Assembly: GCA_002633005.1 (NCBI GenBank)
Contig: NMRA01000069.1
Coordinates: forward strand, 34,203 to 98,202
Direction of reading: 5' to 3'
Length of the DNA stretch: 64,000 nucleotides
DNA from: Phoronis australis
Taxonomy: Eukaryota > Animalia > Phoronida
A model generated the notes under the pieces. The model saw only the letters and a program-made list of their open reading frames with translations, made no database searches and was not told where the DNA came from. Positions 1 to 14,395 of this stretch are shown here, one piece after another. The stretch's first letter is position 1, and every line of letters starts with the position of its first letter. Both the position numbers and the translations under genes were made by a program.

Positions 1-704
1 GACTCAGTAGACGGCTCCTAGCCGACCGTTGTTGGTCGGCTGCTGGTCGGCTAGACGACCGGTCGACGGCCGGTCGACGGCCGGTCGTCAACCAATTTCC
101 GACCGGTCGGCCAAAAATTCGTGATGTGTGCTGTAAATGTTCTTTGAAGGGATTATGGAAATAAAACATTATAATGTTAGCACATTAGTAAATTTTACTG
201 TTTAAAAGTGCATTGAATTCACAGAACCTGTCTCACAAACCTATAGGCCTATTTTCGACTGACGAGTGAGTATTTACTTCGAGTCTGCAGTGGAAAATCT
301 TGCATGTCGCAGAAAGGCCCCAACCACACATATAAGGAGACAAAGGTCTGCGTCCATTGCACGCGGTCTCTGAAAGAGGGAGACAAACGCAATTTTAATG
401 GAAAAGGCTCGTAATACCAAAACGATAAGCTGGCGGCGTTTTTGGCCGCCCGTGGGGTATGTCGGTCCCTAGGCCCTTAGGTGCCATTTTGTGCCTATGG
501 TATGACACCATAAGTGTTAGTTTACGTTCAAATAATAATCTAAAATGTCATTACTCGGCGAGCAGAAAATAGTCCGCTTGGGAGACTAGGTACACAAACA
601 CGATGTTAGACAAGCACCGATGTTTCAATAAGATTCAAGCACTACATTTGTGTACCCCATGCAATGTGCACATGTGCGTGCACTCATATATGATGCACAG
701 ACTT

Positions 705-1053
705 CAAGGTACCTAAACTACACGGTCAACGGACTCAAAAACACGGGAACGGACGCATGAACACGACTCACGGACCGGCNATAACATCAAAAATATATTT
801 AATCTCGCACCCATTACACAGCTGTCAACGCTGAAGTTGACATTTTGTCCGTTGACCGTGTTTGGCGGTCCGTTAACCGTGTTTCCTCGTGAATATGAGT
901 CCGTGTCCCGTGTATTTGGGTGCGTGGATCGTGTTTTGTGAGTCCGTTCCCGTGTTTGTGAGTCAGTGGACGGTGTTTGCCGGTCCGTGAGTCGTGTTCA
1001 TGCGTCCGTTCCCGTGTTTTTGAGTCCGTTGACCGTGTAGTTTAGGTACCTTG
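705..1053. mobile_element. MITE / foldback non-autonomous DNA transposon
   Basis: Near-perfect ~75-bp terminal inverted repeat CAAGGTACCTAAACTACACGGTCAACGGACTC...; an N gap lies at 780. The right arm recurs at ~18100-18307. Confidence 0.75.
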
Positions 1054-1229
1054 GACTTGAAGTAGGATTTTCTTGCAAGCTTTCTGTTATTATTTTTTCC
1101 ATTTAATTATAAAGTTAGTGAAATACGAGGTACCGTGACCATTCCGAAGATAGAGTGTTTTATATATTAGTTTCAGAATCCTCCAAAACCTTTTTGTCGG
1201 CAGTCTTGTTCTTTACCAAGTTACATGAT

Positions 1230-1670
1230 TATCTGGACTGAGAACTATCAACAGTTTCGTGTTGATGAATCATCCACGTTTCGGCATAAGTTTGTGCGTC
1301 GCACATGGGCAGCGGATGATTATTGACCTTGCCAAACAGCGAGCTGGAAGTAGTTTCTACTATTTAACAAGACCATTCTTCTGTTGACTATCCGATTCAT
1401 TTCGCTGAATCACCGTTCAATTTCAGCTGTACTGTAAGGAAGAGTCTTAATGCAGAGGTCCAGTTATCGCAGAGCACTTGGTAGGTCCTCTGCTGTACTG
1501 AACCGTCTCCTCCATTTCTACGAACTCACGCATTCCTCTGATTGCCGTTGTGGCAACCAGGCCAAACCGATCGCGAATGCGCCGGACTTTGTGATCGCCA
1601 TGTTTGAATCCCGGATCCATCGGCCACGTTTTGGGATCCAGGTTGCCCAGAATAGAGCAAAATGACTGTT
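1230..1670 (-). mobile_element. hAT transposase C-terminal relic (dimerisation domain, KIAA1586/ZNF862-like)
   Basis: Broken minus-strand frames give CIKTLPYSTAEIER*FSEMNRIV and VETTSSLLFGKVNNHPL...YAETWMIHQH, matching the hAT 'P-x-S-T-A-x-x-E-R-x-F-S' motif. Confidence 0.65.
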
Positions 1671-4600
1671 ACCATTATCAAGTCAACGCTACTCTAAGTT
1701 CACAACAACTTTTTGAATAAAATATCTAGGTCTTATGGTCATGCGCGCCGGAATAATTGACAATGTCTGTCGCCAGTGTAGCAGTTCATCGGTACCTACG
1801 CTTTTAGCAAATTACACTGTAAGCTCATTTGGACCCACCAAGAGGTATTCAAAGGGAATAGCGTGTATGGGTTTTCAAGCTAATCCCTGTCTTCATGTTT
1901 CAAGACTGACACTAATTATGCATTAGCAGGCGCCAGAACTAGGGTTGAAACGAGGATTGGTTCCTAGGTTGAAATTATCTAAACAGGGTTTGGTACCCTT
2001 TTAACAAACCGAGAGAACATCACCTTGGCAACCGTAACTTATCCATTTTTGTTATTGAAATCCGTGATACTTGACTTTTAAGCACTTCTCACTTGCTTCA
2101 GTAACTCTTTAAACTTGTTGTTATACCAGACAAAAGACTCCATACAGTTGTTAACAAAGGAGCCGGATGTTATCACTAATGTCAGATCCGGTTTCTCTGA
2201 TAAAACGGATCGGGAAAAGGCTGGAATGTTCTGGTGTTGTGAAGAGTAACCCATTTTCGTGAACCTCGCTACATTTGTTAGCCGAGAGTCAGTATCTTAA
2301 TATGTCGCTGTGGGGATGATTGAATCAAATAAAATAACGTTGACGAAATTTTGTTTTTATTACAATGCAATCATTGGTTATGCTGAGTGTCAGTTAAGCC
2401 ATCTGCTAGTGGCTGTGTGAAACACATAAAAATTTTGAAAGTGCCCTCGCCAAAGTGTTATTTACCAATCAAATTGTGCTGTATAGTGTAGTAAGTTGGT
2501 TAGGCGCCCCGTTTGAGAGGATACTCGGTCAAAGGTCATAAATTAGAAAGGAAGCGTCAACGTTCATGTGTGATGGATGCAACCGTAAGTGACGTTATCC
2601 CCCTACAGTAACAAGTACAAGTAACAATGACGTCAAACTTCATTGCGTAATAGGTTTAATTAGACCCGTTAAAGAGGATCTAAGGTCAAGGTCATGCGTG
2701 TAACCGGAAGTGGTTGGTAAACCCGAAGGTCGAATCGGAAATCACTGAATATGTCATTACGAAAGTTAGGGTGTGGCTCCGTCCACCACCCGGGTGTTCA
2801 TTGCGTTTGTTCAACTGATCGAGAGCGAAGTGGCCATAATGTTACAGTGATCAAATCTGCTCGAAAATCAAGTAGTGCCGGCGTATGTCACATAGCCGTG
2901 TGTCAAGTTTGTGCTTCAACTGTTCACGCATCATCTAGAAAATCTTCCGCAAAAATACTGAAGTCCCCACCACCGGGCCACGGTGACGGAGAGGCTTCAA
3001 GCGACAAGCACCGCTTTAGTGATGTCCTACGCTTTTATACTAAATTTCATCAAAATGCAATTAGGTTTTTGTGGCAGTGAGCAGACGGCAACTGGCCAAA
3101 GGGGCAAACTAGACACCAAGGGGACTGTAATAGTCAACGAACTGGTCTCAAAGCACTGCTGTCACATTTTCTGAGCCAGGTTCCGGCTTGGAATATGTAA
3201 GTTCGATGTTCACATATTCGAAATCACTCTTTTCTCTCAAGACATCAGATAAAGTCCATATCGAGACCAAAATGGTCTCTAAGGGGTGTTGCAACAGTCT
3301 AATCTGCCAATAAAAACGAGTGTTGCCGAAGCATTGACGTCACATACTGTATCTCAGTGTACAGTTTCATTGAAATCTATACGTCGAATCTCTAGATATT
3401 ACCCGGAAACCCTGTTCCTCCCTTAATTAATAGAGCCCTTGCCGAGACCGCAACGGTCATTAGGCGTTTATTTTTTGTTAAAACTTCGGGTTTCAAATGG
3501 ACGTTTATTCGGAAAGTTTTATCTTAAACTCCATTCAGTGTCAATTAGTAATCGCAAATTCAGTTTTATGGAGTATACATGCGTATCATTTGTTAAAAGA
3601 AAATACAGTCTTGGAGAACTTGATATTTATAGCTTGAAAATAAAAACACAGTTTTTTGAAAAAAAAAACGTTGGCATTTTCATAGCAGTTTTCCGTTTAC
3701 ACGCGCATCCCCTTTAGAACAACCGCCCATGTGTTTATTTGCTGAACCGCTTGAAAATATAATTTTCCGAATAATTCTACACGCTTATCATGAGCTCTTC
3801 TGCGGAAATCCCCGGTAGCCTGTATGTGCGCCAAGTTTTGTCTGTGAGTAACGGGACAAGATGCATAAAATACGTGTATGACCAACCACTAGGGATCAAA
3901 AAATGTCACTGGAACCGTTTTCAATCTAGTGGTCGTTTGATTTTGTTGTCATGGTAGTGTTTATGGGAACAGATCATTATCATAGCTATTTCCAAAGTGT
4001 TAAGCGTGGTCACTGGATCGAATCATACGGACTAATTATGTGCTTTTTGAAGAGTTTTCCCGGTCTACTTTTGTATTTTGGCTTCCCGACAGATTTGTTA
4101 CTTTAAAGAGGTATTTAATACATATTACAGGTCTGTTTAGCACAGTGTGCTTTGTAAAATTATTTAGCTCACTCAGTACGTTTGGTCCCGAGACAATTAG
4201 ACTATTTTTATAAAGATACTTAACACAGTGTAATTGTTGTCTCACGACGAACGAGGTCCGCTTATTTGTTTGAATATTGACCTTCAGCGTACATCTCGTC
4301 CCTCGGCGAACTGGTGTTGTATATCTTTTGACCACAGTGCATAGTATCTTTTGCTTTGGTTCCCTGAAAATGTGATTTCTTTCCGGATATAATTGACAGG
4401 TTAGCCAAACAGCCAACGTGATTCAAATTAATAAAGACAAATAGTGATATTTACATGTAAGTGTTTGTTGACGCTTTAAGTTTCCGGAAACAATTGACAT
4501 TTTTCAATTGTTGCGACATACGGTGGACAAAAGCCAATGTGATTCAACTTAGTAAAGACAATTGATGATATTTAAGTGTCTATTGTCGCTATTAATAATA

Positions 4601-7163
4601 GATTATGCGCTGAGATCACCACCGTTTGTTATGGTTATTTCCAGGGCAGGTCTACATTCTTAAGCAACTGGAGGGTGCTCTCTCGCGATCATCTGATATT
4701 CATATGTTGGTTTGTACGTGGCTTTTGAAAATTTGGTAGTTGTCTAAACCCCTGTATACACAGTACACATTTTCGAATACGACTTTTCTGATGCTATGAA
4801 TCAGTCTATGTAGACAGATGTTCCACCTAACGTTTTGCTGGTGGTGTGACTCATACCCAGGTGCGCACAAATATTAGTACGGACCTTATGAGACAAGTTC
4901 ATGAGATGAAATCGAAAATGGTTTTAAATCATTTTAAGAAAAACTCCATGCCACGAATTCTCCAGGATGCATGGAAACTGCACTATTTGGCTACCAAAAC
5001 AAAACATTTTCTTACATGGGAAGGTACCGATTCCCTTCCCCCCACCTGCCTGGCCTGCTCGACGTACGAGCCTGGGATTCGCGCGAATCCAGAACCCACG
5101 CTAACTTAAAACGTAAATCTGACAATTAGTATAGTGTCTTTGCCTCAGGAAAATTAGAATACTCACGCTTTTAGACAGTTTTTGAGATCAAAGCAAATCT
5201 CTTTTGTAAATGAGCACGATTAAAAGGGATTCATCGACCGAGAGCTTCTACTAAGAAGTCACGTTTTTGTAGAATATTTCCGTATCCTCATTTAAGGCTA
5301 ACACGTTCGAATATACATATACATGTACATAAAACATTTACATATCAAATCCACTTGCAAATAAGAAATGGTCCAACTTGCACAGCTACGTTACAAAACT
5401 GATAACTGTTTCGTTCCTATAAGGACTTCCGCTATCATCTCATTTCTAAGGGCATCCTAACTATTCCCGTATTTAAGGATATTTCCAACCTTATTCACAA
5501 AAATTGGCCATTTTTACAAAATTTCACTTGTGTCTAGCAAAATACGTTATCTTCATTCTCGGGGAACTTCAAATACGAAATATATACTGCGTAGCGAGAA
5601 AAAAGATTTAGCAGAACCACCTTGGAACCGCACAACCGCGTGAATATTTGTTTAGCACTTTGCCAAGGTCAAAGGTTAAAGGGCTTTCAAGTAAATCGAG
5701 TCTCCCGCCAGGTACAGAACAGCTTCGGTATACCCTCAGTCCTTTCATTCACAAATTCGCCATAACATTGAACCAACGAGGTGTGGTTATGATAGAATGG
5801 TCCCGGGGAAACGAATACAAAACGTAGTTTTTATTATGACGGAGTTGTGGGTCTACATGCATACGACCGTTGACGTTGAAAACAAATGCTACGAGTTGCC
5901 TCAGGCCTCAGTCTGGTCACCAACACAGAAAGAGATAAATCCTCCACCTTATTCCTTAATTCAATTATTAAGTTAACATTTCGATGTTTAGATTTCATGT
6001 TAACGACTTACTTAAACCACCAATTCAATTTTTGTTATCCATTTCTTACTTGGTTTGGTATCAGTCTCCCAGCACGTGACGTGTACAGGCTATGAACTGT
6101 GACCTACTTTTCTAAGTAGGTCGTACAAAACGGCAAAAGTTGGCTGCGAAAGATAGGTCTATTTGAGGTTTTAATGATATTTAAGTTAGTCACGCACCGC
6201 AAAATTAGTTGACATTGCAAGAAAACATTGAAATAGGTGACATAGTTAAGGATTCTATAGGTTATGTATACCGAAAACAAGTTTTCACAGAATAATTAAC
6301 CAAAGACTTAGAGATTTTCACGTGTCCCGGTTTAATCGTTTTTTCTCGGCTTCGGCAAATCGACTTTATTTGAACTTAGGAACACGAGTTCTCGAAAATG
6401 GCTCGATAGATTTCTCTGAAACTTTCTAAATTCAATATTTAGTCACCAATCTCAAAAACGCTGTTAGGATTTTTGACATAAAAGCTTAGTTTTTGTGTAA
6501 TAAGACAAAGACGAATACGACTTCAATTTTTTACAAAAATACCTTACGTTGATTTGTCATAGAAACCAAACGAACAAACTAATCGAAAATTCCTAACAGC
6601 GTTTTTGAGGTAATTGATGAAGTTTTCATTTAAAAAAGGTTTCGTTCAAATCGACCGAGGGGTTATTTTGCTATGAATGTACCTTTCTTAAAAGTGAATT
6701 TTTACTGAAAAAAGCTTTTTACGTAAAAACAATAATGACAAATACAAAAAGTATATTTATATTTCCTGGTCTTTGTTCTTTCAGAAAATATTTACTTTTA
6801 CTAGTTGACAAAGCTTAGTTTTTTGATATAAGTGTTAGAATGGAGGCCACTAAATAAGGTTGGACATAACCTTGGACAGTACACCTTTTCCGTGAGTATA
6901 CAGTTACCGTAACTCCGGCCGTCTTAGCGGCAAATCTCATACTGTAGGATTAATTTGTAATAGCTCCTCAGCGGGAACTTAGCACTGTATCCACGCGGTG
7001 TAAACGCCCTGCCTGTTCTTCTGTGCAAGTACGTGCATGCATACAAACTGAATAAGAGATCAAACGATACATGTACATGTATCAGAGATGTTGTGAGAGT
7101 TCGAAAGAAGTTTTAGTCCCACTCTAACCTCGCATTGTGACAAATTTGATCAATAATACTGAC

Positions 7164-7320
7164 AATATTCTAAATTATTGAATTTGTAGACGTCATTCAT
7201 GTCAATAAAACAACTGTTGATGAGTCTATCTTGGCTAAACCAGTCCATTTTGTTAGAATTTTCTCCCTCAGATTCCATAGCGAAAACTTCGCTCCCCTCT
7301 TTGAAGAAAGCGAATTTGAC
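7164..7320 (-). pseudogene. Paralog A: orphan exon-3 remnant of the same gene family
   Basis: VKFAFFKEGSEVFAMESEGENSNKMDWFSQDRLINSCFIDMNDVYKFNNLEY, 157 nt (phase shifted relative to 155 nt in B). Flanking intron homology: 6940-7160~23575-23790, 4400-5400~22530-23400, 3752-4060~20690-20970. I found no exons 1, 2, 4 or 5 at the expected positions. Confidence 0.7.
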
Positions 7321-7504
7321 CTGCAATAGTTCTCACCACCACATTGTAAGGGTCATTCTCTATTATTACCAAAAACTTCAAAAGCCTGCAAATCGTAATT
7401 TGTTGACCCGCTTCCTCAAAAGAAATAAAAAATAACGATTCTCCTATGTATCACCATGGAAATAATTTAGGAAATTGTATTAAACCGGCTGTTATCCACT
7501 GCAG

Positions 7505-7524
7505 CTCTCTCTCTCTCTCTCTCT
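7505..7524. repeat. (CT)n microsatellite
   Basis: ctctctctctctctctctct run. Confidence 0.9.
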
Positions 7525-7914
7525 GTCTGTTGTCGCCCTAATCACGAGCGCGAAAGTATTCGCGTGCCCAACGGTAACACGAATCTTTGCCACTAACACC
7601 GTGAATAATATATGTCAGGTGAGCCACATTTGACAAGTAAGTTCTCAGCAACTTAGAAATTTTTCACACTTTATCCTTAGCGTGTCGTAAACAACTCTAC
7701 AGTGTCGCATAGAAATATCAAACATTCTGGAAGTACTGTGAAATTCAAAACAGCGTGGGGAAGATGTAATATCACTGTGAATTTCATCATGTTCATACTA
7801 TGCTGGCATCTGTCAATCAATCGCCTACCTGGGTCCCAGGTCTACTGTTTTTTTATTTTCAGATGAGTATCCGAATCAATTCTGTACGATATTTTGGTTC
7901 GTAATGATTAAAAA

Positions 7915-9567
7915 GCGATATATATTTATTTAAGAATACACAGAACATACAAAGAAATAATAAACCCAGAAACCGCGAAGCATTATATCTGGGTTGTAAA
8001 CAATAAATGAAACTAATATACATAGAGGTATATACAACTAACTAGTATCTAATATAAGTATTCCAATACTTAGATATGCTATTACAAATGTATCAAAACA
8101 AAAATATGTACAGATTCATGTATGGAAATCAGATGCAACAATATTGATAAACGGTACATAAAAATTTACTAACGTTGCTTAGGAGGAATTCGATGATAAC
8201 GAGGTCAAGGTTAGGATTACCATTCAATAATAATGTAACTCTAGTAGGGATATTATTACAAGACTTGAAAGCGTTAACAATTGATTGGTTTTCATTGAGT
8301 ACACGAAAGAGAGAGTCTCTCAGGTATTCGATGAGGGGACATTTGAAGAAACTATGAGGATGAGATTGATGGTCACCACATTTTCAGTTTAGAGAGACAT
8401 TACTAAAGTTGTGCCTGAACTTGTCAGAGTTGAGGAAAACGCCAAATATGAATCTGTACAATGCTATTTCGTTATCGCAGGAAAGGGAGAATTGAGTCAA
8501 GGGTATTGAGTTATCAAAATTATGAAAAACAGTTCCAAAATTATTTTTATACTCTTAAAAGAGTTGCTTTCCTTAACAGAGACTTGAGGAGAATTCCAGT
8601 TGTTGATGCACATCATGACTTTAGACCTTCTGAATGCCTGACTGAACGACGGAGGAATTGCATATGGGGTGGAGGATCTCAAATCACTACGATGGCCTTG
8701 TCTAGTGTATAGAACAAATATTTTTTGACAGAAACGTTGTTGACTGTTTATTACCTTGAAAGTAAATGTGGTCATGTGAAGATTGCGTCGAGTAGACAGT
8801 TTGGGCCACTTGAGACTATTCAAAACCTTAACACTATTGGATCCCCTATAAGCTCCGGTTATGAGTAAGGCAGCTTGATATTGTAACTTCTCCAAATGTT
8901 GGAGTGTACCCGTATTGGCGGACTGATATATAATATCTCAATAATCAATGTGTGGAAGTATAAAGGATTTGAACAAAACTTCTAAATGTGTAGAATTCAG
9001 ATGAAGAGAGACAAGCTTAAGTGGGTTAATGAGTTCCTGAGTTTTTTGTGCGAGCTCCCGAACGTGAGGTGTGAATGAGAGTTTTTCATCTAACAGCATA
9101 CCCAGATGTCTGTGAAACTGTTTTCTAGGAATGATTTCATCATTAAGTTTAAGGTCATAAGACGGGTCAACAAGGAATAGAGCATTAATAAATTTGGAAA
9201 ATTTGAGGTCAACAACTTTTTTCTGGTTTAAAATTCATTCTCCATTCTTGTGACCAATAGCTGTGTTTATTTAAGTTGTGTTGAAACTGCAAAGAACATT
9301 CAGGGCTGCTCCCTGCGAAGGGTTGAAAAATCGCCGTGTCATCTGCATGAAGGTATGTGCTACATGGCAGGTTATCAGGAAGGTCATTAATATAAACCAA
9401 GAAGAGAAGAGGGACCAATACGCTACCCTGCGCTACACCTGCGTTTACAAATCCAGGAGGGGATAAAGTTGAAAGTACGCCGTCGACACAAACACTGTAT
9501 GTTCTTTCGGAGAGGTATGAGGTGATCATGTTTAAAAGATTACCAGTAATGCCATAGGATCGAAGCC
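7915..9567 (-). mobile_element. CR1-like LINE, 5'-truncated, degenerate RT and 3' end
   Basis: ORFs 9209..9529 (QGSVLVPLLFLVYINDLP...LHADDT) and 8497..8895 (LQYQAALLITGAYRGSNSVKVLNSLKWPKLSTRR); AATAAA-containing tail near 7925. Confidence 0.8.
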
Positions 9568-10184
9568 AAATCCGAAGAATGCATCGGTGCTTTTCTCATT
9601 GGTTGCAACTACCTTTTTCCCACATCCCCTGTCACTCCTCTACCAGGGTCACGGTCCCCACGCGGTTTGTGGCGGTTTACAGCATTGTTCATCAACAACC
9701 CTCCCCATGTGGAACATACTGAACCACAACACCACGTTACTTACAATATCTGTTTTTATCACACCGGCTGGTCTGCTCAGTCAGCTTGCCAGGAACCTGC
9801 TTTGCAGGTTTGTTATATCCCAGTTGGCTGTTTGGTGTACCCACTTGGTACTTTATATGATCGATATTTGCCCATTTGGCATTTTGTACCCATTTGGTAC
9901 TTGTTATTGAATTTGCGGTTTTGCTCCATCCACTTGGTAGGCAATCGGCCAATACCCATTTGGTTTTATGTACCCATTTGGTACTAAGCTAACCTGTGCC
10001 ACTTAGTATCCGATACTCAAATACACACTGGGTATCCTAAATGTTTGTGTTATCTCTTTTAATTAAGGAACTCATCTGGTTCCTTCTGTGAAATATTCAT
10101 TGGTAGAGCTGTGTCCCTGAAATTCCCAATACAAATTATAATATATATATAATTCTTGTTGTTTTATTTGTCCCAATAATTGAC

Positions 10185-11114
10185 ACTGATAGAGCCAAAG
10201 TTAACAGTCAACGCTAATGTAGTTATTGGATGAACACCTTCTCCCGGATAGCACGCGACTTTATCCTGGAAACAATTACGTGTTTCTGCAAGATGTGGCT
10301 CCTTCACACACGAGCAAGATAACCCGGGCTCATCTGGAGGAGGCCACATCCAAACTCATCAAGAAGAATGGGTGGCCTCCGCTCAGTCCTGACTTCCATC
10401 CAATAGACTACGTCATATGGGATTCTTTGAAGGAGAAAGTTTACTGGGTAATGAGAAGCAAATTGACTGATCAGAAGTTGAAAGACAAGATAATTATGTC
10501 ATGAGAGGAAATCTCGATGGAAGAAATACGGAAAAGCATTTCTGGTTGGAATAAACCGCTCCGTTTAGTCGTGGAGGATTATGGAAGCCATACTGAGCAC
10601 AGACTGAAATAAGCAAGCTTCTCGTCGATATTTTATTTTTTTGACCTTTTTGCATAAAAATTATACGCCGTATAGCTACAATGACGCGTCACGTTCTCAT
10701 TGTTGAACAATGCACCTGACGTCGTGCAACATTGTTACAATCAAAGTTATTGAGCGGATGACTTTTAAAGCTTTATGCAACTCAGCCCTGGGCCCAGTTG
10801 CATAAAAGTTACTACGTCGTATAGCAACAATGACGTCGCATTATCATACGCCACGTTGTTATTGCTGAACAATGCAACTGATGTCATGGAACAATCAAAC
10901 TTGTCCTACGTATAATTTTGAAGCTTTAAGCAACTCAGCTCTGATGTATAATTTAATTTTATAGTACTTAGAAAATTTCACTCGGATCTTTTTCATATTT
11001 TGTACATTTGTTGATGATATTCCAAGGTTCATATGTATGAAATTTAAAAAAATCGGGACATCTGTTGCTGAGAAATTACTTGTCAAAAAGTGGCTCAATT
11101 TTTGTACACCCGAT
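10185..11114 (+). mobile_element. Tc1/mariner transposase relic with 3' TIR
   Basis: ORF 10226..10504 YVFLQDVAPSHTSK...WPPLSPDFHPIDYVIWDSLKEKVY; terminal ...GTGGCTCAATTTTTGTACACCCGA-TA. Contains two tandem small MITE-like units (~10650-10790, ~10790-10943). Confidence 0.75.
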
Positions 11115-11117
11115 ATA

Positions 11118-11122
<5 letters not shown>

Positions 11123-11173
<51 letters not shown>

Positions 11174-11310
11174 GTTGTGTTAGAAAAATATTAAAATGAA
11201 TTCGTGTAGGTCTGTTTGGATTGGGGTGATTGGGGTTCGAACCGGCAACACTGGGTTGGTGTTCCGTTTCTCCCAGAGCGCTTCACCAGCAAACCACTGA
11301 GTGGAAGGCA
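11123..11310 (-). mobile_element. Putative tRNA-derived SINE with (CA)n tail
   Basis: The minus strand has an A-box-like TGGTTTGCTGG and a B-box GGTTCGAACCC, followed by a short body and a (CA)n run (TG repeat 11123-11170 on +). Confidence 0.45.
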
Positions 11311-14300
11311 CGTTCTTTATTTTTACTACAAGTAACTTCGTTGACACCGAAGATATCACTACGTTTGTCAACGGCGGTCACTGGTTAATATTTGTTAATA
11401 TTTTGCTCTAATTACTAATTTTCCATTTTACAATGGTGTATGTAGTTAAGTGAGAGAAACCGTCAACTGAGTACGTTTTACTTTTTGTAAAACGGTTAAT
11501 GGATATTCATTGTTGTTAACTAATTTTGGAACAAAGTGTCTAAGGTAGTTTTGTTTCAGCGCCTTATTACATTTGGGTTGTGGATTCAATGGTCTCAAGT
11601 GTGGTCTTGATGCACTTAGATAATGATTCAAATGATCAGGGGCTGTGACACAGCGTTGCCTGTTGTCTGGGTAACTACTGTCAAATAAATGTTTGAAACA
11701 CGGGAAGTTCAGATTTAAGCTAAGTGGTGCGGTCCCGTTGGTAATTTTGTAGGCAGCTTTTCAGTAGACAGTGTACATGTAGTTTTTCCTCCAGTTACTA
11801 CACATTTAATGTTTTGCATATGTTTATTACGAGCATTACATTATTAGTGTGCAATGTCACTCTCATTGTCAGTATGGTTAAGATGATGAATACTAACTTT
11901 AAGTTAATTGAACTTTAAAATGTGCTGAGCTTAAAATTGCTGGGTTCACTGCAAAGTTTATGACAAATGCATAACAAATAATCTTTGTTTGAAGTTCAAG
12001 CCCTTTGTCCTAGGCATGAGAGCTGTGAATTTAAATTAGGCATGCTGAACTCAATAAATAAGTGGTGTTGTTAAGAACACAAGATTATGATAAATAGAAA
12101 TAGAGTACCCCCATGAAATGGGCTAGCAATCAAATGGTGCGAGATAATGTAACACCCAAGGAAAACATCCACGTTTAGGTAACTTTGGAAAACATATCTA
12201 AGAAATGGCCAGTCAAATTCATGTGAAACTTTCAGATACTACACGTATGTTTTAGTATGCACTTTTTCTAAGACACCGTTACGAATTGTTTTTGACATGT
12301 TAAACATTTGGATGAGAATTTAACAATTATATGACTTATGATTTTCATGACAAAATTAAAGTCGCATAAAACACATATATGTCGTATCTTTACTAAACTT
12401 CAACAATGTTGTGAAGTATCACCTTGATCATTTGTATCAACTAAAATCTGATCATGCCTTACGATCAATATAACTTCCTTACTAAATATCATTAAAAATA
12501 CACGGACATGTTATCCAATTTATGGCAGATTGGTAAAAAGCCAAAGATTTAGTTCTACATTATTTCACTTTCAGAAAATATACCGTGTACTGAGTGAAAC
12601 TCTGTAGTTTTGTCGACATTTGGCTAAATACGAGGACTGGCCAATACTCGTACGGCCTAACATAACCTCAAAAGTGTATAATCATTCATTCATAAATTAC
12701 AATAATCTTTGCTCAGAGACATTCCTATCGAATAAAACTTCTTCAAGTTATTGATACATTATGCTATTAATGTACCTTTATCGTATGGTAAATTATACTA
12801 AAAACATGATCATGTAACTCTATTTATGTCAGAATGGTAGAAAGTCAAGAACATTCTAATTCTATAGGTTTTCTACGTTTAGCAAATATATACACTTGCT
12901 AAATTAAAATCCAGAGCTTTTGTAAATATTTGGCTATGTGAGCATGGGGACTCAACTCGCATCTATTAAATAGGACAGAAGTGTCATCAATCCCACATTA
13001 TTCATTTACACTGTGCTTGGAATCCTTTGATCATGATAAATCATTCTTCCGCTTTCTGCTGGAAATACGGATTGATTTTCTGTGTTCAACGCGCGCTGAA
13101 CACGGATGCCTTCTTTCTCGCCAAAACTCCTTACTGTGCACACAATACACTACAATCGGTAGAAACATTGTATGTATAGCATCACTTTGCCGGGGTTCAG
13201 CTCCGTGCGCAATATTTTCACATGATGTCAATACTATGATATACGTTTTTGAAGCTAAACAATAAAGTGGAATAAAAATAGTGCTGACAGTTTTTTAATA
13301 TAACCTGAAATGTTGCACCTGTACAGAACACTAAAGTTACAAAAGTCACGATCTTGCCACAATATATTAGGGATTATGAAAGCAATAAACATTACCAATG
13401 CATGACTCCTTTTGAACACAAATTGCACTACAACATATGAGGTTCTCTACTGTCAAATATGAGTCAAATTTTAAATTCGTTCTCAAAACAATCAAAATAT
13501 GTCAAAGCCAAAAGCAAACCAGCAACTGCTATAAGCGCTTTATTTTTGTCAATGTTTTGATGACTTCCTGAATACATTTATGTTCTACTCAAAAATAATA
13601 AGAACCGTGCGCAAGGAGCACTTTTAAGTAGCGTCTGAACCACATCCATCCTCAGCTTCGGATCGTATCCAATCCACTACACTATAGTTAGTACATGTAC
13701 AAGGTATGACACTCAGGACTAGGAATTCCATTGGTGCTTCAGTTCAGCCACCCACATCAAACACATAACTTAATAAATTTACACAAGACAGGTGTTCAAC
13801 AAACCACGAGCAATAGTTCTTCCCTCTGATGGCATTTACAGTGTCCTGCTCCAGCGAGTTCGCAACAAATTCGTGGTCAAAATACAAAAATCTTCCCGAA
13901 AAGCGGCTGCGTACTGTCAATGTGCCAAACGGAAATTACCGATTTGTCACGGAAGGTCACATCAATAACTCAAAACTTATTCGTAACCTTCCGTGATAAA
14001 CCCGGCAATTGCCGTCCATTCGTAACTCATCGGATAATTCCGCAGCTTTTTTAATTTCTACAAGTGACAAAGTGGGATGATTCACCGAGTTGTCGGGTTT
14101 TTAATTCCCTAAAATGTGCCTTAGTTTGCTATTTGTATGCAAAATTATTTCCCCAAATTTTCAACAGCATGAATATACCATGATGGTAGTGGAATGTTTT
14201 TGAACAAATTGTTGTCCGTGCTGAATACATTGTATTTCTCCAAGGAGCATCAGGTTTCACGTCAAGACGTTGTCTTTATTTCACCATTTGTTTTCAAGTT

Positions 14301-14395
14301 CATGATAATCTACCGTGGCTTACGGGAATTGCAAAGTTTTGGCTACGAGGCCTGATCAAACTCAAGAGAAACATGCTCAAGCCCTGACATTCACT

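Noticed and set aside
11200-11310. Functional tRNA gene
   Set aside because: A B-box is present, but I could not fold a convincing cloverleaf, and it is followed by a (CA)n tail; treated as SINE-like.
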